64,000 nt of DNA, from contig OZ320318.1 of assembly GCA_976226885.1 (NCBI GenBank), forward strand, positions 38,068,001 through 38,132,000. Direction: 5' to 3'. The notes below the pieces were generated by a model. That model had not been told where the DNA came from. It saw only the letters and a program-made list of their open reading frames with translations, and made no database searches. The DNA comes from Iphione sp. A-MEVVRFRX5. Taxonomy: Eukaryota. The position numbers and the translations under genes are program-made. Below, in pieces: positions 21,030 to 35,330 of the stretch (position 1 is the stretch's first letter; the number at the start of each line of letters is the position of its first letter).

Positions 21030-22589
21030 ATGCTTTGGAATCACAGTAGGACAGGTATTTCAGTACAGGTGTTGGCACATTATCATGAGGCGGTGCATGA
21101 GTAATGCAATTCATAGAAATCAACTCATGTGTGACTCCAGTACACATCTCTGTACTTAGTTGACCAACCTGCATGTTTTGTAACAAAACACTGTTGGGCC
21201 CTCATCATAAGAATTCAGCAACCGGTATCACTCATAACTTGGTCAACCGTGCCAATATTGAAAGCACATATAAGAAATTTACTCTAAGTGGGCCCAGGGT
21301 TGATAAATTTTAAGTGATCATAATCGTATACTCTTTTCTTCGCCGATTTTTAACATGGACCATAAATTAGGCCAGTCCCAATGGACCGGTATTTGGTGAT
21401 CAGTAGCCACTACGTATATTCACTTCTAGCCTCATGATCGATTATCACCATTAGCGTCGTCGACTTTTTCTGAGAATTTAGAGACAAAATGGTTAACTTA
21501 CAATAATCTACTTATTTATACTATGCATAGAACGGTGACCACCTGTGTACGTGCCCCTTCAGGTGGTATCCTCAGATCGCTGAGTGCTTGGTTTATTGTC
21601 TTGGAAGTAACTCGCGCAGTATCTAAAATTAAGTCCGGCGCCGATATATATATTGACTGGAAAGTCCCATACGCGTGCTCGTTATAGAATGTTCCAGCAT
21701 AAAATATATACCTCTGAATAAAAGCTAAACAGGAGTAAGGAGTTCTTAGTTCTTTAATCTTTATATACTTGCCGACACGGTGTCTGATATTTTGGCTGAA
21801 TATTTAATCAAAAGTTTTTTTTTCTTGATGTGAGTATCAGATATCTCCTGGTTGGCTGTAGTCTTTGGACATCTGTCGGTGTCCTCGTCAAGCCTTGAGG
21901 GATCCATTGTACAATGAAGGCTCCTTTCATGTCCTAATTGGACATTGATAGTTTTGCTACCAGAAGGACATTACTGAAATTATACTTTGATTTCAACTCG
22001 TAAATACGTGTACTGTGCAACGTCGTTTTTTTTTTGTATTTGCTTTTTTATCTGTCTAGTTTGCTATGGATGCGAATTCTGAACAGAGTATGTTTTAAAG
22101 GTTACTAATCAGTCACGCATTTCTTACAAGGGAAAGCAGTTTGCACTTGTCGCATCTTTTTTCTGTTTATATATCTATATATTTACATAAAGAGTCATCT
22201 CAGTGTACGTCGGTACATATCAAATGTGATTGATACGTATGTCTCTGTAATAAAACAAAAAAATCTGTTTAGTATTGTTTTTATTATTCTCGAAATGACA
22301 GTTAAGACAAAAGGTATAGAACACCTATGGATACTTCATCTATAAGAGCATTCTCCACATGTTAGAAATGTTTCCACTCGTATTATTAATCTGGTTTGAT
22401 TCATAAAAGCCACCCGCCAACGGCATTATCAACACGACCAGCAGTTTTTCTCCACGCACGTGTATGCGCCGGTATTGTGGAGTATTATGCAGTGCAGTGC
22501 CATTGCTTGAAATAGTTGTGATTTACCGGTTAATGGGGTGTTGACATCTCTCTAGGTCTCTCAGCCACAGCGGGGCACTTTGAAGCTCC

Positions 22590-24480
22590 CATTTAGAGCA
22601 GTTCAATACTGAGTGGGCTGATGGTGCTTATGGATAGACAGGCCGTGCAGGTCAGGCCTGTGTTGGGGGATCTGCCTCGCCTCCTGCCCCGCGGGGTTAC
22701 ATTTGACGGGAGCCAGCCACCTTCACTGCTGCAGCCTGCCCCCCTCCCCTCCGCACTCCCCACGCGCCCCTTTCCCTCCTCACACACTCCATCCATAGCC
22801 ATACAGTAATAGGAGGGCCGCCTGTTGCGACAGGCCACTTGTTGGCTGTTGTCAGGTGTCCTGCCAAGAGGACGTTAGACATGACGGCGCCGGGAGATGG
22901 TCAGCGATCTTGGCCGCACGTCGAGCTGACCAGGCACCACTTGCTGCTGTCCCGCAGCCCGCAATTGATGCGACATGGGTAGTCTGTTTGGTGTAAAGTC
23001 GGCCGCGGGAGCGATCGCTGAAATGCGAAAGGTTAAAGCAAGGTCAGTGGCGAAATTTTCAAGGTACGCGGACCGGAGCAACGCTGTGGGACCCCAGCAG
23101 CCCGACAAGCTGGGTTACAGGTCACGACCACCATTTTCCACTACACCGCCTTTCGAGGATGACAAATGGCCGTCCTTTGATGTGCCCATGCAGGCGCTGG
23201 TTGGATAGTCTGTAGATGGGTGGGTGGGTTAGAGACAGGAAGGGAAGAGGGTTCGTTTTGCCATGGCACAAGATAGACGAGCACTTTCTCTGCCGCCGTG
23301 CCTCCTGGCAGACCATTGGTGCGCCAAGCTGGTGATGTCCACTGGGAACAGGCACGGGTGGGTGTGGCCGAGGGGTTCTCGTTCCAAGCCTCTTGGCCTT
23401 ACTGGGCTGATATTGCATGACGGTCGGGCGTTCTGGGGCACACAGCCGTCGGCCGACCCAACAGACACATCCTTTCTGGCGCTTCACCCCCCCTTTGGGC
23501 GGGGAAACTACAGTCGGCTGTGCTGACACCCAACTCCAGGGGACCGAGTAAAGGAGGGGTCTCCTCCGGCGGGTCGGCACCCCTCTCAGTACGACCAGCG
23601 ATGGCGCTGTTGCTGCCACCTCTCCAGTGGGTAGCCAGCAGCAGCAGCAGCGGCGGCGGCGGCAGCATCGCCCACCATGGGTATGGTGCTGGTGGTCGGG
23701 TTGGGAATGCAATTGGAGTCGCCCTGTTAACTGCAACGGAACCAGAAGAAGCAGAAGCGGCAGCAGCAGGTAAATCGGTGGGATTCGGGGCTCAGAGAGC
23801 GAGAGAGAGAGAGAGAGAGAGGGAGACAGAGCCTGCATCGAGCCATAAATTATTATGATTGCTGGATCTACTTGGACGCCGAGACTAAGAGGGACCCGCT
23901 CTTCTGGCTCTGTCTTCAGTAGTATGAGGGCGTCGCAGCCACAGAGGACTGCCCTATATGCAACAGTGCACACTAGCCGCCATGGAGGAGCGACAATGCC
24001 AGAAGACCCACCAGCAACACCAGTCCGTTGGTCGCTGGCGACGACGATGGCGTCGGTGGCGACAGAGCGTGGGACCCGAAGGTTGGTCGCCAGTACCAGG
24101 GGAGGAGGATTAAGAGTAGGCATGTCCGTTATAAGGCCATGCACCATCCAGTCAGAGGCCCAGGGAGCGCAGGGTGCAGGCTCTTTCACCTCCTCCCCCT
24201 CTCCTACCTAGTACATGTCATAGTGGTAGCACCTCTCCTTCCTTCCAGTTCTCTACCAAGGTCGGGTACCTACAGTACCCTCACAACTGAATGACAGCAG
24301 GAACACCCAGAAGTGTCAGGTCTTTTCAGTGCTGTTCTGAGGCCACTCAGGCAGCACCTTTGGCTGTCACAGTTGGTATCAGTAAGCCTGTGCGCGAATG
24401 GCATTTAGTCTTCCAAGGAGGAGGAGAAGGAGGAACAGGAGGAGGCTGGGGAGAGTCCGGCTACCTGTTGTCGTTAACGC
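22590..24480. other. GC/CpG-rich island with (CAG/CGG)n and (GA)n tracts; coding status unresolved
   Basis: High CpG density relative to the flanks, a triplet tract at 23636-23665, (GA)n at 23795-23826, and overlapping ORFs on both strands with no recognisable domain. Confidence 0.5.
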
Positions 24481-25189
24481 ACGTAGACAAACTCAATACT
24501 GTTGACTTTTTATTTCACTGGTTATCAAATGGTCAGTGTTGCAGCAACCGTTGCGACCTGGTTAGGCGCTTGGTGCTACTTGGACTCGCTTAGACCGCAT
24601 AGGTCGGTTTTCATTCGCTTTTAAACATCAGTAGTACATCTTGCATAGTTCTGTTTAATTGTCTAATTCAGCCGGTATATTTGAGTATGTAATCGGGACC
24701 GTTTCCGCGGTTGAAAAACAGCATTGTGCCCTGTCTGACATTTCATTCATTTGGTCTGTCAATAGGGATAATATTGTGAACAGGACCACTGAACGAAAAA
24801 AATTACCTTGCGTTCATATTCCCTGTCCTCGTGGTCCGCCCACTATATGGGGGGGGGTGCCTTTTAAACAGCGAGTTTGTATGGCGTGCCGATGCTGATA
24901 AAGCCACTTTTAACCATCAATCGATTCCAAACTGCAACAGCAACAGTCATTTTCGCCATAGATTACATTTCAATCAGTCTTCCCGCAGTGTAACGGTCGT
25001 GCATGGTTGCCTGGTCCCAGTTTGTAGTGATTTTAATAACAGTGCATACAATTAGTGGGCATGCATCTCTCCAGTCATATGGATCAGTTCAAGGATAGTG
25101 CAGATTATTTGGAGCCAGGCTACTACATTTGCATGACGACTTCTCTAGCCGTCATTGCCGTCTCGTCGTCTCTGTCTGTGTCTTTTGCT

Positions 25190-28100
25190 TCTTAAGACGG
25201 GACAGCCAACACACACTACCCAATCCACCCTTCCCTCCACGCTGTCAATGACAGTAGCATACGAGATGGGGCCTAAGTCTCAGGCGCTCGCTCGCGGGCT
25301 GCGCACCGTTCCATTGGTGTGACAGGGTGTTATTCATCTGCCCCAGGAATCTGTTCCCAGTAGGAAATTAAATGCAGGTGCACGCGGTCACCACATCATT
25401 AAACGACCCTGCATGCTCACCGCAGTATCCCATTCTACCAGCCTCTGAAAGCACAATCAAGCCGCCGCTCTTGCTTTTGATATTGCTTGTGTATGTCCTC
25501 ACAGCTGGCTGCTGCCAACAGCTTCAACCGTTCGTGTGTGTATAGCAGGCTTACCTGCCTACCTCCAGCTAACGCAGCTTTGGTTTTGCTTGGTCTTTTG
25601 ACCTAAATCTATAGTTTTTTCACAATGTGTACAATACTATTTATGGTGTCAGTAAATATACATTGCATGATATTCAGATGTGAATTCAGTACTTTGGCAA
25701 AGCAGCAGTTACCGTTGACCGGTGTTTTGTTTCATGCGAATGGGTTCACGCTGGTCTCCATTCATGACACGATGACCCATAACGACACCAAGCTCGGTCG
25801 GACACGGGTGCGCTGCAGGCTGATGATGGAGAGCGCGTCGGGCCTAGACCACTGGTCTGACTGAGGACAGGTCCACCCCCCACCCACTGAGGTTGCTTCT
25901 GGTATATAGTGGTCGCAGCCGTGGCGCCTGTGGACGCTTTAGCCTCAAGCTGCCTGTCTTGCTGATCATTTCTTCCTCAAAGGCCTTCGCTCACAGAAGG
26001 ACAACGGCGAGGTCTCCGGGGGAGGCGGGCGGGCGGGCCGGCCGGGCGACGGTCGCCACGCTCTAACGAAAGGCGGCGTTCGGTCGGTTGACATCAGCTC
26101 CTGCCTGTGGGATGCAACCAGACAGGCAGAGTTGGAGACAACATACCGAGTTGCCGACTGCCTTCCATAGCCGCCGCCAACACCACCGCCGCCACGTCTA
26201 CCAGCACTGCTTCTTCTCAGCCGTTCTCATCTATTTTCTCTAGTCCCGCGTATCCCATCGCTAGAAGCGATGGTGTAGGTACATGTACACGTGTACAAAG
26301 CTCCCGGTCATTCGACTGACGCTGTCCTCGTGTTTTTCTTCCTAGTATTGCACTTTTTGTACGGTAATATTCAGGTGGCATTTTCGCAAACATCTAATGT
26401 ATAATTGTTTACTTTTGGGGGTTAGAATTTAGTGGTTCGCTGTTTAGAATTAAGTCGCAGCATGGACACTGTATGACTGGCTTCCTCGTCTGTTTTGCTT
26501 ATGTTAGTCATGCAAGTAATCCAAATAAACAGTAAATTTAGGTTTGTCTGACAGTATGGATGATGACCTATTTATCTTTGTGTAAGAATGATGTCAGATT
26601 GTAACTATTCTGTAAGCGGCTTTGAACATGTCCCTTTTTATATATATAAATGAGCCGCAGTTCTGTTTGTGGAAACGTACGTTTAACCCATTTATGTGGC
26701 ACCGTTCAAGATTGTTATGTATTAGTAATGATATTGTTGTACAGAAATAATGGCAAAGTGGGAAACCAATGCAGTTACGTAGTTGAGTAGCTGGTGATAC
26801 ATGTATTACCATTTTCCTTCTAAAACATTAAATAATGTGAAGTACAGTTATAATAGGCAGTAATTAATAGGCAAGTCCTAAGGCAGGTGTATATAATCAT
26901 TTACATGCTTAATAAAGTCACTACATAATGTGTGCAAATACATGTGTACAGATAATATTCCGTTTACATATGGAAGTGTGTCAAGCTACCACGTGTAGCT
27001 CAGGTGGGCTTCGTCTTACCAATCCAGAGTGCTGGGACAGAAAGCAGCAGTGCCAGCGGCGACAGCAGCAGTTCTCGAGTTTATTAATGCCTGGCAGTGT
27101 CGCTGCCATCATTAGCAGTCAGTTAGCCAGGCGGAAAACAGAGAGGAAGAGCAGTTGAAGCCACGCAGGAGCAACGCGGAAGTGCAGGCGTATTATGCGG
27201 GGGGGGGGTAGGGGGGGTTGAGACGGACACGCCGTTCGCTTAGACCTTTCTAGCCATGCAGCCTTGTGAAAAGCCCTCACCTCTCCCTCGGCCCCATCCC
27301 TTCCCCCTCCGCACCCCCCGCGCCCGGTCTGCCAACCGCTCTGGTAGAGCTCGGGTGATCAATGGCCCCGCTGTATAAGGACCGACTCGAGATGGGGCCA
27401 GCGTTGGCGGGCGGGTCACCGCATTGTTGGGTGCGCCGATGCGTGATGCGACCGCTGGCAATTAGTAGAGTAAAAGCCGGTGCCGAGATGGCGGGCTAGC
27501 GGCGGCTGGATCGCCACTATTGGGTTAAAATGGCAGCGAGCCTTGTTAGGTCGTGGATGCCCTGCTAATTAAATGATAGGTAAACGCTCATTGGGGAAGT
27601 GACGGTGATGGATGGCACGCCTGTCCAGTACATTGGGGATGCTCAATTGGTGAATCGATCGCTAGTTATTAGTTGTAGGCTGGCCCCTGATGCCGAAATG
27701 ACACCCTGGGACTACCCAGTTTGGTGGGTGTGATGCAGATAAATGGCTTTCTTTCTCATAGAAGTTTTGGTAATCATGCTTCGTTGTTCACCAGGATAAT
27801 TAAACAGCCGCTGCGGCACTGCTCCTTCCGAAAGAGGGCTGGGTTTAATTCCTTGCTGCGCGGGTCATTGCACTTAAAAGGGATCCCAAGAAATTATGTA
27901 ATGTGTGAAAACATTTATTGCTAGGTCGTTAAATTGTCATTCCCAGGGGTACTCTATTATTTTGAGGTGCACGTCTTTTTAGCCATCTGGTCGGAGCTGT
28001 AAAGACACGCACAGCATAGCTAATCCCTGGTGCCTGTGTTGTAATCCATTAACTGGTGACATCGATTGGTTAGTGTAGAGTTATGAGCGATATACGGTCG

Positions 28101-31100
28101 ACATTCGTCCACTTACCAATATTATAAACGTGCATGTACATGTATACTTTAATGAATCATTCGATCGTTGTTTCAGACCCTCTTGTTTCTAAAAGAAATA
28201 GATATATTTTGCGTGTCAAATTCTCTAAAGCAGACAGAAATCGCACATAATATTGAACACTCTCACATAGAATTTCTAGCAAATTCTTCTCTTATGCTTA
28301 CATCGTTCCGAGTGTCCTTCACTTTCTCTCCTTTCTCTCCTTTCCTTTTACTCCCACCACGTATTGTTTATTTTTCTCCATCGTCTTTTACCTCCCGCTA
28401 TGTCTTCCGTATGTTCTTCCGTTGTTATTCCCTTTGCGCTCTCTCTGTCTCTCTCTGTCTCTGTCTCTCTCCTTCCTTTCCATTCATTTTATGTACATGT
28501 AGTAACTTACCATTTGCATTGATGGTTTCCAGTCCAACTGAAGTGTAGCAGCCAACGTCATTAGTAAGAAGGCCGTTGATTGGCTGAAAGGTCTAAAGGC
28601 TGGACATACGTCCCTTACGCCTGGAGCGGAACTGTCGTCGCCAAAGGTTAGTATTATGTACTTCCATTACTTACTTTTCTAAAGCAGGATTTGCAAGATA
28701 GCAAATATAAATGTGCATTGTGAAGTATCTAATAGGATAGGGCCCTGTTAATTCTGCCCTTAATGGAGAATCGCCCTCATTAGGAAGGTTGTTTTTTCTA
28801 ATCTTTATCTGTTGTATAATATTGAAAAAAAAATTTCCATCACAGAGGGAAGACGTTGCCACGTATCGTACTGTTATATAATATGGGTGCTGGAAAAATT
28901 GCCTTTAATGTCTGAGTGGCCCTCCTAGTCGAGTTGCCCTCAGGGTGAGTTGCTACTGCATATCATTCTAAATCTTTGATGAAATGGGGCAGTATAGCTG
29001 TGAACAAATCTAAATTTGCATTCTCCAAAGCAGATGGTAGATGCGACAGATCCGGATAGCACTTAGCTATCTACTGTGTGACAAACTAGAATTTGGTGTT
29101 GCTCATTTGAACCAATGTTGTTTTTTTGTCGCAAACATGCCAAACATGAGATGTCGTAAAGTACCAACTATTTACATAGTCGACTGGGTAGTAATACTAC
29201 TGCTTCAAGTCTTCGTAAAGCTGGCTGTACATGTATATATTTTAGGGCTAGTAGCTTATTGTGGCAAGTAGCCGGTAGCCCAAGTCATACTGTAGCAAAG
29301 ACTTAAAGTGCGTAGAGGCCAGTATAAATTTTGACATCAGTATAATATCATCAGGCATAAGTACTTTCGTATTAGATATAAATTAAATATTTAGCTCCAT
29401 AATGCGAATTATAAAGACACCTCGTTGGCATCGTCGTTGTGGCTATTATGTTTTGCCTCAGAAGCCCTATCAGATTTTATCCGGTGTAGAATATCTCGGT
29501 CGTTTTTGATGTGATAGCGAGGGGCATTGCATGAATAGCGCTGCGCTTGTTCTTCTATCGATTACACTGATTGCTTCATGGTTCCTTTGGGATAGATTAG
29601 GTAGGCGGTGATGTGGAGTTAAATTGATTGCGGAGCGCTTTTCTGGGCCGGCCGCTATCGGCGGCCTCTCGTTCCCGATGTCCGACCGTTCATTGCCTTT
29701 CCAACTTGCCATTCATTCATGAAGCGATCGCCTCCGTGTGTGTTTGTGGTATTGTGTGTGTGTGCGGGCGTGTGTGCTTGCGTGCATTCGTGTGTCAGTG
29801 CGTGGATGGGTGCGCACCAGCCCTCGTCAGCTTTTCTTTCATTATCGCTTATTACCCAGGCTCACCTTCCAGGGAAGTCACAGCAGCATAATGTACACGT
29901 GTATGTCAGTATGTCATGCTGTACGTCGAGCGCGGCCTACTGTTCCACCGCCGGAAGACACGCAGGCAGCCGCCCACACGTCCAAGTTGCGTTCTGCGGC
30001 CACGCTTTGCTAAAGATAATCCGCCAGCCCGTGTTTGGTTAACTCCACTGATTCCGCGGTAATGGCCGGCGGAGGCTTGAGGCCAGCAAAAGGTAGAAGA
30101 CACTCGAGAAACCGGGGCATGTACCTGGGCCCTTGGCACTCCAGGGAAATCAGCAGGATGAGCTGCAGGGCGTCCGCCCGCTCCGGAGGGTAGCCATTAT
30201 ACCTCTACAGTGACTCGCCTGGAACAGCACACCATCCAAATAATCTGTATGTAACCCTCCACCCGCCTGGCGATAATGATGGCCGCGCCTTTGGCTTTTG
30301 ACGTCGTCCAAGTGGCGCGGCGCTAATGGAATTGGCCAAAGAGGATGTGTAGACTGACATGGCTGTCCTTCTTCTGCAGAGCTCACTAGAAAGCAATTGT
30401 TTTCCACGTCTGATATTCACATTATCTGCCGTGTAACTGAAGCGGATTGAGTCTTGAAGCGGTCATTCATTACGAGGAACGCCGGGCGATCACGTGTCCA
30501 TTAGACAGCTTCGATGTGAAATTCTTGCTCGTTAATAATCACCCCACATATGAGACAACCGTCCCCCACTTTTTCTTAAATAGCGGTGTATGTAGGACAG
30601 GTGATTTACCAGTAAGACGATGCGCGAAGCTGATGTAGTGTTTTTTTTTTCATTGAAAGAATTCGAGAAATATCAGTCATCTTTATAGTTACCACTATGA
30701 AGAGCCCAAACGATAATTCTTATTTTTATGTGGCCTACTCTACCAGCCGGCAGTTCCGTCTTGTTACTGCGACGATTAGCACATCGTAAAATTGGCTGAG
30801 TGGACGTAGTCCCCAACTTGTTTATAAAGTCTAGGCATATAAATACATCTAATGCTGACATATATGGATGAAGAAACACTGAGAGGGTGTAGACCCTGAA
30901 GAGCGATGACAGCGTAAATCGCTACAAGTATGTATGAAAGCAATTATACATTAAGAATGACGAAAATGAGCAGTGATGTTACATTAATATTTTCTTATGC
31001 CATCATGTACTGAGGAAAGTATGCATACTCGGTAACTAGACAGAGAAAATTAAGCTTTTTAAAAAGGGTATCTTTAATTTTGTTTTGTGTTGACAGGCGC

Positions 31101-33330
31101 ACACATATAGCTGAAGAAGGATTACTAATCCCGGGACAGAACGTCATGCTCTCTATATTCGCTGTTATCAGTGTATCATTCAATCATGTTTGGTATCTGT
31201 TTTGGATTCTTGCTTTGTACCCAGTGGATAACAACCAAGGGAAACAACAATAGTAGCACACCTTCATTAAATTAGTTACACTCACCTTGAGAACCTAATG
31301 GACAAAATAACGCTGGTTGTTTTCTGTGTACCAGCATTTTTTTTTATTGGCTTTGAAACTAGGCTGGTCACAAGCTTGTGGACGTCCTACTCACCCTTCA
31401 TCATGTGAGCGTTTTCCCGACTAATCGCGGTCAGGCCTGCTTATATATATGCACAATTGTTATTTCGTCCATACTGTCGCTCTTGTAAATGCCTGTTTCC
31501 ACCGAATAGATAGTGTGAATAAACTATCACCCCAGCATATTAAAAATGTGATATCTGAACATGATTGAATGATACATGATCTTGACAATCATAAATGCAA
31601 AGATAGTAGAAGCTGGTGATGTTTCAATCAGGAGAATAGTTAATAAATATAAGAATCCATAAGTTTCTGCATTGATAATTGATCATAGTATTTGTATGAG
31701 AGGAGTTACCTTTACATATAGTGCCCTATGTTGTATTCACTGTAATCTTAACAATGGCCAATGGCACTGTGGAAACGAAAGAGGAATTGAGCACTCTCCT
31801 GCCATCTAGAGGTTAATAGCTACATCGAATACTGACAGAAACCCATTGTGTATGCTGTGCAGAATCAGATTTGATAAACGTCAATGTGTGGTCATAGTTG
31901 GTCATAGTTAATTTAAATTACCAAAGTAAGAATAATTTACTATGGGAAAGAAGTGAGAGACAGTAAGAGGGATGAAGGTTGACTATTTTGCTTCTCAATT
32001 TTACTTGATTGCGTACAGTGACCTTGCCTTTGGGTGTTATCTAGGAAACCGGATGTTGTTCAAACATTCCTACAAGATTCTGGAAACATGACAGTATTGT
32101 TCAAACCTTGTGGGAACATTATTTATTTGCTTTATACCTGTTGTATTCTTACACCAGACACCCACTGTATGTACATTGAAATACGTCTTTTTGAAAATAC
32201 TTATAAAAATTCTCTGACTTGAAATACAATGTTTTCTTTTTTTCATAAAGTTCAAGTTAATGTATGAAAGAAATAAGAAAAAACAATTGACTTTTGTCAA
32301 ATCGCATTGATGTGAGACAGTTGGCCATGGGCCAGTATTACTCTTGTGCAACAGTTTTACTAGGAAAAACATGGAGTGGATAGAATTCACGTATAAATCA
32401 CAGTCACAGTTAATACCTATGAATATGAATGATGAAATCGTACTTTGCCGGAAATATGGTTGTATTCACCTCTGAAAGAGTTCCTGTCACAGTACAAATT
32501 GTCCATTTACGCACATATATGTATGTGAATGTTTGCATTTTGTGCAAAGGAATAGTAATTTTTAATTTCGGTGCAAGTGATATATTCAATAGAACTGAAA
32601 ATTTCTACAGACCTCGGCTCACTTCATTTCAACCACAGTGAACTAAACAATACAGTCATAGGAAAAAAATTATTTCGTTTGTAGGAAAAAAAGTAATTTG
32701 AAAACAGACACTTATTTTAACTGATACGGTTCGACTCACTTTAACAGACATCTAAAGTAGGGCAGTACATACACTATAAATCCATATATAAACTATACTT
32801 GTTTTTATATATGTATGTATGTATATATGTACATGTACATATAGCTGTCCGTAATTGCCCGTGAGTTGCAGTAGTCCCCCCATTTTCCATCTTCCCGCCA
32901 CGGGAGTGGGCCTAGTATAGCGATGAATTGGCGGAATAGACAGTCCAGCCGATCTGCTATTGGTGCTACATGGAGGCGCCGACGTTAGTGCGGGCGCATC
33001 GCCCCGAGCTTTGGTCATCAATTACCGCCATTGTGGCCCCCGCCCCAGCCGGACGGCGGGCGCCAGGGATCCTCGGGGGGGCTTCTCTACCGGCGGGCGG
33101 GTTGTAGCCACACGTCGGTGTCCACCACTTGCAAGTAGACTGGACAGGATGGCGGCCCTGCGCGCCTTCGCCGCGACTAATGTCTGAAAGTAAATGAAAA
33201 TCGGGCGGTGAACAGTGATCATGGGTGAATTAATCTTTACAGAGAGGATCGTGAGGACCCGAGGAAGTGAGTGGAGTGGAATCGCACATGGAACGCATCA
33301 CCAACAAGGCACTTAGAACTACGTGATGCT
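25190..33330. promoter_or_regulatory. Series of CpG-rich, apparently non-coding islands (candidate cis-regulatory modules)
   Basis: Islands at about 25.2-25.5, 25.9-26.3, 27.0-27.7, 29.5-30.4 and 32.9-33.3 kb with many TAAT/ATTA cores. A palindromic TALE-type site CTGTCAATGACAG is at 25242 and a Pbx/Hox-type TGATGGATGG at 27606. No TE or exon signature. Confidence 0.4.
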
Positions 33331-35225
33331 ACAGCCTGTCTTTTCGACTTCTGATATCACAAGTGCCAGACGATGAATATTCTTGTTAATTTGTTACCTT
33401 AGCGGTTCCATTCAGTTCAACGTTTGTTTGAGTTTTTCTTCTCTAGCGATTCGCCCTGGTATGTTAAACTGTGAAGTAATTTAATCTGTCGACGTCATTA
33501 GACATTAGGAACGACTGTGATGACCTCATCGGACATGAGGAACTGCTCTGAACGGTTGCATGTGGCCGTCGGCGCATAGCTCTTTACCAGTAGTCGATTG
33601 ATTTATCTTACAAGAGGCTTAACAATGACACAGGGGCCTTGGCTGCTACCCAGGAAAAGTGTACAAGGACCCTGGGTTTCCTTCCTTGGCGCAGTCTACT
33701 CGATCATTATTTAAGGTCATTAGCATTCTCGCCCTTGAATGCATGTTGGACTACACATGGGCAGAATCGAAATCTTGGCTCTGTAGGCCCTGTGATGTGA
33801 GAGGTACTTTAATATTAGCTAGTGGAATGCTGCTTCAGAGCGTGTTGCAGTCTGCTGAGTTAATGAAGCCTGTTTAGATAATATGGTAGGGAGAGCATAT
33901 TAGCATTTATGAAGACGGAAGATATACATGTACATGTATATCGAAACCATTAAAATGTTCTTTGCAGAATTGAAGCATGTGTAGTATTGAAGCGGGGGAT
34001 TCCCTTAACAGTTCACAATGCACACTGTGGATCTACCCTTGTTCAGTTTTTAAAGGCTAAAATACGGTGGAGCCTCTCGACATTGGTCACCAGCCTTCCT
34101 GCTTCCACATTTTTCATAGACTTGCGACGATAGTGAGCATTGTCAAGCAGTAACGTTGTTTCTCCTAGAACCGTTTTTTGTTGAAACAACCCGCTCCTCA
34201 GATGCGCTTCTTGGTTGTACGACCACCTAACCATGACAAAGAAATGTTCCCGTCAAGGCTAGCACAGTCTGCAGGTATCTTTGCTGCCTCATGTAGGTGC
34301 CCAGTCTCGAAATTGTTACACCCAGCCTCACCAGTTGCTTTAAAATTGTTGTGCCAAGCTCCTTTATTATGTACAGGTCCTTAGTCTAGTGATGGTTGTC
34401 GGACGGAGGGCTGCTCTAGTAATTCGAAATAGATATGTTCTGGCTGTTGTGTTGTGGACAACAAAATATTCCATCTTCCATGTGGAAAGTAACTGCGCAT
34501 TTTTAAGGAAAACTGCGACATTGTCTGGTACTGTTATTTGATGAATATATTACATGTCAGCTGGGCTTTCGGAGGAAAACTTGAAAAAAGCATCTCGTTT
34601 TGTCTGGAACGTTATCTGTGTGTAAATCTTCCTTCTTTTTAAAGAATACTTAAACACACGTTTTCCAAGAATTTTCTTGGTCAGAGCGTAAGAGTATATA
34701 CCATAGAACCAGATGTAGCTGGGCAAAAGATTGTGCGGCAGCCAGTCTGAAGGCATTTTTCCTTGTTTTCTTAGAATAATGGTTTCGTAATGTACGAGCA
34801 GCCTCTTGTCGACGACTCATCCCTTCAAAGCTGTGAATTAAAAAAAGAATGTTTCGTTAGTCACTGAATTGGAGTTTAAGAGTAACCTCCTTCTAGGACA
34901 TGTATGTTTGGATGAAATGGTGAGCACGAACCATCACTAAGTGCGCTCATTCTGAAGTATGTAATGTTAGGGTGCTGGTAGAGAGTGCCAGGCTTGACAC
35001 CGAGAGCGCCAGGCTTTACAGCTGGTTTGACACGGAACCCGGACGAGACGGGTTCGTGTACAGCACGCCGTACAGCACGCTGTAAAGCACGGTCATAAAA
35101 CGCAAATTTTTGAGTCGTGGGAAGGACAAACTAGAAAACAGGGAAACGGGTTCGCGGCTTTATGCCTTGCTTGATACATGGAAACGGCACCTTAATGAAC
35201 AATTGTAGTTATGAAAGAAAATGTA

Positions 35226-35330
35226 CAGTCGAACCTCGTCGACCAGAACCCCCCCCCCCCCAACCACCACCACCATTGCCGCATATTTGGTCTGGTTACC
35301 GAATTATCCAGATCCGCTATCATCTGGTGG
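35226..35330 (+). mobile_element. Single Tc1/pogo-type MITE terminus (fragment)
   Basis: TA|CAGTCGAACCTCG followed by an attatccag-like motif. No matching opposite end seen. Confidence 0.35.

Noticed and set aside
23660-23690. YPWW as a Hox hexapeptide (YPWM)
   Set aside because: The motif is not canonical and no homeodomain exon occurs anywhere in the window.
23122-24189. 355-aa minus-strand ORF as a protein-coding gene
   Set aside because: It reads through a (TC)n microsatellite (SLSLSL) and CCRRRRCCCC, starts at a non-ATG codon, and has no domain.
25376-25395. miR-124-like GCACGCGGT
   Set aside because: A 9-nt match only, with no hairpin.
34043-34234. LLLDNAHYR as a DDE transposase motif
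   Set aside because: An isolated motif with no other catalytic blocks or TIRs.
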